DNA of 64,000 nucleotides from a virus: IMG/VR virus record IMGVR_UViG_3300028025_002044, positions 12,450 to 76,449 of that record; one strand, 5' to 3'. Shown piece by piece: positions 59,079 to 64,000 of this stretch (position 1 is its first letter; each line of letters starts with the position of its first letter). The notes under the pieces were generated by a model. It saw only the letters and a program-made list of their open reading frames with translations, ran no database searches and was not told where the DNA came from. The position numbers and the translations under genes were made by a program.

Positions 59079-61280
59079 TTATTCTTTCTCTTGCTTTGGC
59101 AGTAAGTCGGCGTCTTTGCTATCGTACAGGTTAATAGCTAGGTCTGATGCTCTGGTGAATGGGTCTTCGCCCTCGGTAACGCCCCTCTTCCACGCAGCGC
59201 GGAATACAGGGAGTGCTTCGTAACCTAGGCCAGCATACTCAGTCAACGCGTAGATAGCGTCTTCAGGAGTTGCGTATGTTTCTGGAGATTCAATTCTGAC
59301 AGTAAGTAGGCTTTCGGCGTAGACAGAGTCGAGGCCGGTGTTTCCAGACGCAGTTACGCTACTCTTAGGGTGTGAGGCAGGTAGCAGGTCGTTGTCGGTG
59401 GTGTACTTAGGGTTCTTAGGGCTACCTGACTTAACTAGGTGTAGGAAAGCGTTAACGCGAGCCATGGACCACGAAGCACGGTTCTGGTCTGGACGGTGTG
59501 AAGTCGAGAACGCACCTGCACCTCTGCGGTAAACGGCCTTAAGCTTTGATAGGGAAACCTTTTTGCTGGCAGAGTCAACGCTGTCGTTGTGTTCCTTGAC
59601 CTTGTTGCGAAGAGAAGTCTCCACGGCTTTCGAGAAAGTAATCTTCTTTGAGCCAGACGCTGAGCCCTTCTTGTTTTTGTCTGAGCCCTTGATTTGGTCT
59701 TTCTTAGGAGCTGGCTTTGAGCCTGCGGTTGCAGAAAGAGCTGCAGCTTCGTCTGCTGGTACGCAGTTAGGAACCATCTTGCCGTTCTTCTCTTTCATGC
59801 CAACCTGGACGTAGCCATCCCAGCAAGGACCGTCCGAAGCAGCAGTAACTGCCTCTTCCTTTTCTACGTCTTCAGTGATTGGACCGCCGGCTGCCCAAGC
59901 GTTGCAGGTACGGCTAGCGGCGCACTTGAAGTCTAGGGCGGTGCAGTAACCAAGCTCAGCCTGGTCGATTGCATCCCATGCGCTCTGCTCGCCAGAACCA
60001 CCCTCGGCAATGCCGGTCTCGATGCAGTCTAGGGTCTTTGGACGGCGATCAAAGAATACGCAGTTGCCACAAATGCTTTTGCTTGCCTCAACTGGAGTAA
60101 TCTTCCAGCGGTCTGCCTTCTCCTGCCAAAACTCAGTGTTTGCCTCGTCAGGGTTTAGTGGGCCGTAGCCAACGTTGTCAATTGCGTTCTGACGGTTCTC
60201 GATGTTGAGAACAATGTCTTGAGTTGCAGGCGGGCACTTGCCCCCGTAGTCTGCGTCAGCGGTAATGCTTTCGCTCTGTAGGGTTACAGGTCCCTTACCC
60301 TTTTTAATCTTAGACATGTCGAGCACTTCGGCTGGAGCCCCTGCTCCGCCTGAAAACTCTCCAGGCAAATACTCGTGGTCTCCAGGGGTCTTGCCCTTTG
60401 GTGCCTTAGATGGGTCTACTGAGCCTTCTGGAAGCACTGCAAAACGGCAGTAACCCTCCGGGTCAACCTTAAACGCAACAACGGCGCACTCTTGGCCTCC
60501 ACGGAAGAGAACGCAGTTGCCACACTTAACGCCCATCTCGGCGTAAGGGTTGTCTTCTGGTTCGTGATAGTCAGCCCAGATGCCAGTCTGGTCTTCGTCA
60601 AACTTGCCGTACTTGTCGGCAATCTCGATTAGTGCCTCGGCTAGGTCCTGCTCTTCTGGGACTAGGTGTCCAGCAGCAAGCAAAGAGGTACGGATTGATT
60701 CAGGGGTAGGCTGAAGTTCTAGCAGTGAGTCCGAGTTATCGTTGTCAACTACTTCTAAAAGAACTTCAGCCTTAGATTTTCCCATATCAAGGTTCATAGT
60801 TTGAATCTGCATCGAGTCTGCGCCAATCGTAGTACCGATCTTCCAGCTCCACTTAGAGTGAGCGTCGATACGGCCTGCTGCCCAGTCTGCGATGCCCTGC
60901 ATATTGATTGCACTGGCAATGTTGAAGATGTCCTCAACGCAGTTCTTAAGAACTAGGTTCGCCTCGTAGAGATTTGCTGCCATCTCCATTGGGTCGCCTG
61001 CCGCTGGCTTTGAGTCCAAGCAAGCAAGCATAAGGAACTGGTCCAAGCTGTGGGGGGCGTCGAAGCCGATGATACGAATGTACTCTGCAATGCGGTCTTC
61101 TTCTCCGCTCCAGTCTTCGTAAATCTCGCCAAAGAAGTCGTGGAACTGAGTAAACTCTGGTCCCTTGACGTTCCAGTGGTATCCGTGCGCCATGTACTGC
61201 GCAACAACAGTAGTGCCGAGGAATTTGGCTAGCCAGTTAGCTAAGCCTTCCTTGCTCAGGTCGTACGATTTTTCATTCAT
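59079..61280 (-). CDS. modular head-associated protein: Dps/ferritin-like domain + Cys-rich (HiPIP-like) modules + further small head modules
   Basis: HGYHWNVKG-x-x-F-x-x-FH...DRIAE Dps signature; two CGNC-x-x-F...GYC modules; PCWDGYVQVGMK...VPNCVP; KAVYRRGAGA...ARVNAFL...DLLP. Confidence 0.85.
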   Translation of the reverse strand: MNEKSYDLSKEGLANWLAKFLGTTVVAQYMAHGYHWNVKGPEFTQFHDFFGEIYEDWSGEEDRIAEYIRIIGFDAPHSLDQFLMLACLDSKPAAGDPMEMAANLYEANLVLKNCVEDIFNIASAINMQGIADWAAGRIDAHSKWSWKIGTTIGADSMQIQTMNLDMGKSKAEVLLEVVDNDNSDSLLELQPTPESIRTSLLAAGHLVPEEQDLAEALIEIADKYGKFDEDQTGIWADYHEPEDNPYAEMGVKCGNCVLFRGGQECAVVAFKVDPEGYCRFAVLPEGSVDPSKAPKGKTPGDHEYLPGEFSGGAGAPAEVLDMSKIKKGKGPVTLQSESITADADYGGKCPPATQDIVLNIENRQNAIDNVGYGPLNPDEANTEFWQEKADRWKITPVEASKSICGNCVFFDRRPKTLDCIETGIAEGGSGEQSAWDAIDQAELGYCTALDFKCAASRTCNAWAAGGPITEDVEKEEAVTAASDGPCWDGYVQVGMKEKNGKMVPNCVPADEAAALSATAGSKPAPKKDQIKGSDKNKKGSASGSKKITFSKAVETSLRNKVKEHNDSVDSASKKVSLSKLKAVYRRGAGAFSTSHRPDQNRASWSMARVNAFLHLVKSGSPKNPKYTTDNDLLPASHPKSSVTASGNTGLDSVYAESLLTVRIESPETYATPEDAIYALTEYAGLGYEALPVFRAAWKRGVTEGEDPFTRASDLAINLYDSKDADLLPKQEKE

Positions 61281-61290
61281 TTGTTTTTCC

Positions 61291-63036
61291 TTATACTAGG
61301 TTTTGTGCGTCTGTAGTTGGTTCTGCAAGCTGAACTGGAGCAGCTTCGGTTGCTGCAGGTTCAGTGGTCTCTGCTCCTGGCGGAGTAAACCCTGTCGGTA
61401 GTTCTTCTGCAGGTGCCTCTGCAGGGGCTCCAGGGGCTCCTAGAGCCTCTGCAACGTCTCCTGGAATCGGAGCTACGCTTCCGGCCTGCTGAGCCGCCCT
61501 GGCGGCTGCCATGACTTCTGGTGCAACTGCGGCAAGCATGGCTTCTGTAAGCTCTGGCGTAATCATGCCCTTCTCAAGTAGCAAACGTAGTCCAAGCTCT
61601 GTTGGAGACGGTGCGTCTGAGTCCGAGAAGCCGTGAGCACTTCTCCAAGTGTCGTATGAAATCGCCATCTTGTCGAAACCAGAGTCAGCATCAGCTGCAC
61701 GGTCGTTACGAGTTGATACTGCTGATGGGTCGTACCAAATAACAAGACGGTCAACGTCTGCATCCGAGTAGCCATTAGCCTTTAGGTACGGGCGCAGGTA
61801 AACAACAGTAAGGGCGTCGACAATAAGAAGCATCAGAGGCTCGATGTGTGCCTTGTAGAGGGCTTCATCAATCTGAAGTGCGTTTGAGTACTTAACGTTG
61901 GCTAGACCGGTAATAACATCCTTAGGGACGTCGAGACCTTGAAGAATACGCTCTAGTACTCGGTCTGAACGCTCTGCAAGTGCAGGGTCGAATGAACGCT
62001 CGAACTTGAACTGCTTAATCTTGTCACCAAGTTCTGCAGGACCACGGATAATCAGCGGAACAACGGCGCTTGCGCTATCCTCGTCGCGAATCGGGGTAGT
62101 CATCGCGTCGATGAGCTGGTCCTCAAACTCGTCTGCAGACTCTTCCGGAGTTGGCTCGGCGTATAGGCCGTCCTGGTCATCGTAAGGGTAGTTAGGGTCT
62201 GGAGTCGCCGCAACTGAAAGGCCGTCTGGCAAGTAAAGAGCACCCGCGTTGAGGCGTGAACGGGCGGTAGCACGGAAGGTGCGGTTTAGAAGTAGAAGCT
62301 CGGCACACATGTCTAGAAGACCGCGTAGGCTTGAGTCTGCCTCGTCTGAGTAGCGAGGGTGTGCACGCCAGATACGTCCAACAAATGCATTCTTAGGAAG
62401 CATAGTGACGTTCTTACGTGCGGCTGCGTTTCCAACAGAGCCTGTGTTGTATTCACGACGTCCGGCAATAGCGTAGTTGCCCTTGCCGTCGATTGAAAGT
62501 TCGTCAACAGAGCGGATGTCCCAGCTCTCTTCAACTCCGTGGCCAACGCGTGCTGGCATCTGAACTAGGTAGCATTCGCCGGTGACTGAGAGGTTTAGAG
62601 CCGCGTCGCGTAGAAGACCGGCCTGGCCTCCGTATGCGCTGTCTAGACGTGCAAGTGCACGTTCTGCGGCCGCTGCAAGTTTAGGGTCGATGTTTGGAGA
62701 GCTAGCTGCTGGCTTTGGAGTTTCTGATGGGTCCTCAACTACGGCAGCGTAGAGACGGATACGAGAAACAACTGAGCCAACTAAGTTGAAAGCATATTTG
62801 ATTTCACCAATGGCGTCGTAATACTCCCACGCCTCGGCTTGCCAGCTAGAAGATTGAGAAACACGTCGATTGCGAAATTGTTCCGCTTCGCCTTTATCGT
62901 TAAGGCGCATCTGGGCTGCCGCTGCAGTAAGCGGGCGAATAGCTGTGTATACCTCAGCGCGGGCAGCTCCCTGTGGGCTGAGAAAAACTGATGTGGATGG
63001 CAATGGACCATCCTGGCTGCGACTAAAAACGGCCAA
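61291..63036 (-). CDS. portal protein
   Basis: WQAEAWEYYDAIGEIKYA, NLSVTGECYL, RIWRAHPR...ADSSLR, RSRLNAGAL and DEDSASAVVP motifs of Rosebush-like actinophage portals; TTG start with RBS AGGAG. Confidence 0.88.
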   Translation of the reverse strand: MAVFSRSQDGPLPSTSVFLSPQGAARAEVYTAIRPLTAAAAQMRLNDKGEAEQFRNRRVSQSSSWQAEAWEYYDAIGEIKYAFNLVGSVVSRIRLYAAVVEDPSETPKPAASSPNIDPKLAAAAERALARLDSAYGGQAGLLRDAALNLSVTGECYLVQMPARVGHGVEESWDIRSVDELSIDGKGNYAIAGRREYNTGSVGNAAARKNVTMLPKNAFVGRIWRAHPRYSDEADSSLRGLLDMCAELLLLNRTFRATARSRLNAGALYLPDGLSVAATPDPNYPYDDQDGLYAEPTPEESADEFEDQLIDAMTTPIRDEDSASAVVPLIIRGPAELGDKIKQFKFERSFDPALAERSDRVLERILQGLDVPKDVITGLANVKYSNALQIDEALYKAHIEPLMLLIVDALTVVYLRPYLKANGYSDADVDRLVIWYDPSAVSTRNDRAADADSGFDKMAISYDTWRSAHGFSDSDAPSPTELGLRLLLEKGMITPELTEAMLAAVAPEVMAAARAAQQAGSVAPIPGDVAEALGAPGAPAEAPAEELPTGFTPPGAETTEPAATEAAPVQLAEPTTDAQNLV

Positions 63037-63067
63037 AATTTACTCCTGTCATTTATAACGGAACGTT

Positions 63068-63361
63068 CTAATTATCAAGACGTGCGGTTATTAGTCCTGC
63101 AACTGCCGAGAGGGCCAACGGTAACGCGAACACTACCGTTATTGCACTTCCTATTGTATAGCAAATCGTAATAAGTGATGCGAACCAAATACTCATGCAC
63201 CAGTTGCAGGTGAATAAATATCCGAACTGTGTTGATGGTGGAAACTTTTTCCAGATACGGTCTCTAAGTGGCTCGAAGATAACGTCGGTGGTGAATAAAC
63301 GTGCAAGTCTGAACGTCGCTAAGGACAGAATCAGAAGGTGGATAAGTGTAGGTTCTGGCAT
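63068..63361 (-). CDS. small membrane protein (DUF1360-like)
   Basis: LATFRLARLFTTD-x-IF-x-PLR...LFTCNWCMSIW plus hydrophobic helices. Confidence 0.75.
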   Translation of the reverse strand: MPEPTLIHLLILSLATFRLARLFTTDVIFEPLRDRIWKKFPPSTQFGYLFTCNWCMSIWFASLITICYTIGSAITVVFALPLALSAVAGLITARLDN

Positions 63362-63364
63362 GGT

Positions 63365-63718
63365 CTACTTCCTTGAGTATATAGTTTTTTGCGGGTTCCA
63401 GCTTCTCAAGCGCGAGCCGCAACCGCAAGATTCGGCTTTCTTGAAAACAAGGCGTTTGCCGGAAACGGTGGTTACGGATGCTTCTTGACTCTGCTTCGGG
63501 GGTATGCTCAGAGTTTCTGGGTCATATTCCTCGTTGAAGATTACCTGAGCACCGGTAGGTGTGTCAACAGCAACGATGATATTAGTTGTGGTAACTATAG
63601 TTCGGGTCTCAGCGACGTAAGGGTAGTCTCTACCTGAAGACTCGGCGGTCATTGGTCCGGTATAGGTTGGGGGAGCGACGGATAGATGGGCTGGAAATAA
63701 GTCGTGGATGATTTTCAT
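63365..63718 (-). CDS. hypothetical phage protein with C-terminal CGCGS motif
   Basis: 117-aa ORF ending SCGCGSRLRSWNP; RBS AAGGAG/AGG upstream. Confidence 0.75.
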   Translation of the reverse strand: MKIIHDLFPAHLSVAPPTYTGPMTAESSGRDYPYVAETRTIVTTTNIIVAVDTPTGAQVIFNEEYDPETLSIPPKQSQEASVTTVSGKRLVFKKAESCGCGSRLRSWNPQKTIYSRK

Positions 63719-63720
63719 GA

Positions 63721-63999
63721 TTACCTAAGTACTCCTTGATTGATGAGACGTTTGTAGATGGCTCTGTGGGTTACCTGGGCTGCTCTGGCTATGTCAGCAA
63801 TACTGACGTCGGCGTTGTAGAGTTCTAGGGTTAGTCGGGATAGCTCCTCGTTGCACTGGGCCGGGAGTGAGGATTGGGACATACGGGCACGGTAGTTGCG
63901 GGCGTGGCTGGCTAGGTAGCTCAGACGTTCGGCTTCAGAGGGAGAGACGCCGGGGGAACGGGGGGTTAGACGTTGGTATCCCTCAGGGTGAGTGTCGTA
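63721..63999 (-). CDS. helix-turn-helix DNA-binding protein, 5' end outside the window
   Basis: Hand translation ...NEELSRLTLELYNADVSIADIARAAQVTHRAIYKRLINQGVLR*; HTH pattern at the C-terminus. Confidence 0.7.
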   Translation of the reverse strand, partial: YDTHPEGYQRLTPRSPGVSPSEAERLSYLASHARNYRARMSQSSLPAQCNEELSRLTLELYNADVSIADIARAAQVTHRAIYKRLINQGVLR

Positions 64000-64000
64000 G

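Noticed and set aside
63068-63361. Small membrane protein as a holin
   Set aside because: No endolysin nearby, and the CxWC-containing pattern fits a DUF1360-like protein; lysis function is unsupported.
1125-63637. Numerous plus-strand ORFs and short alternative-frame minus ORFs in the six-frame track
   Set aside because: They lie antisense to, or inside, long motif-bearing minus-strand genes, show no recognisable motifs and have shadow-ORF composition.
503-63718. Stop-codon reassignment as an explanation for giant ORFs or gene ends
   Set aside because: Genes are intact under the standard code, and TAG, TAA and TGA all end genes at sensible, often overlapping, junctions.

Overview
The window is a 64-kb piece of a large tailed (siphovirus-type) dsDNA phage, probably infecting Actinobacteria. 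Every credible gene is on the minus strand. In transcription order (right to left): HTH protein, small membrane protein, portal, then a ~26.5-kb block between portal and head protease. That block holds a 733-aa Dps/Cys-module protein, a 3115-aa and a 4715-aa multi-enzyme 'polyvalent' protein, and three small ORFs. After it come a modular capsid maturation protease, two capsid proteins (hexamer/pentamer type, as in Rosebush-like actinophages), major tail protein, head-tail and tail completion genes, a frameshifted tail chaperone, tape measure, Dit, three large tail-tip/adhesin proteins, and a replication module (PolA, RuvC-like resolvase, SNF2 helicase, PD-(D/E)XK nuclease). The main observation is that the two giant proteins look like capsid-packaged polyproteins. 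They share an N-terminal R-D-x-x-G-[RQ]-F-A-E-M-G module just after a putative prohead-protease site. Their enzyme domains (2 DEDDh exonucleases, UvrD-like and PIF1 helicases, 3 zincins, ArdC-N, a VIP2-like ADP-ribosyltransferase, ParB, GNAT) are separated by a recurring P-x-[LF]-M-x-[FY] linker motif, a candidate processing site. All assignments come from reading motifs by eye; no searches were run.
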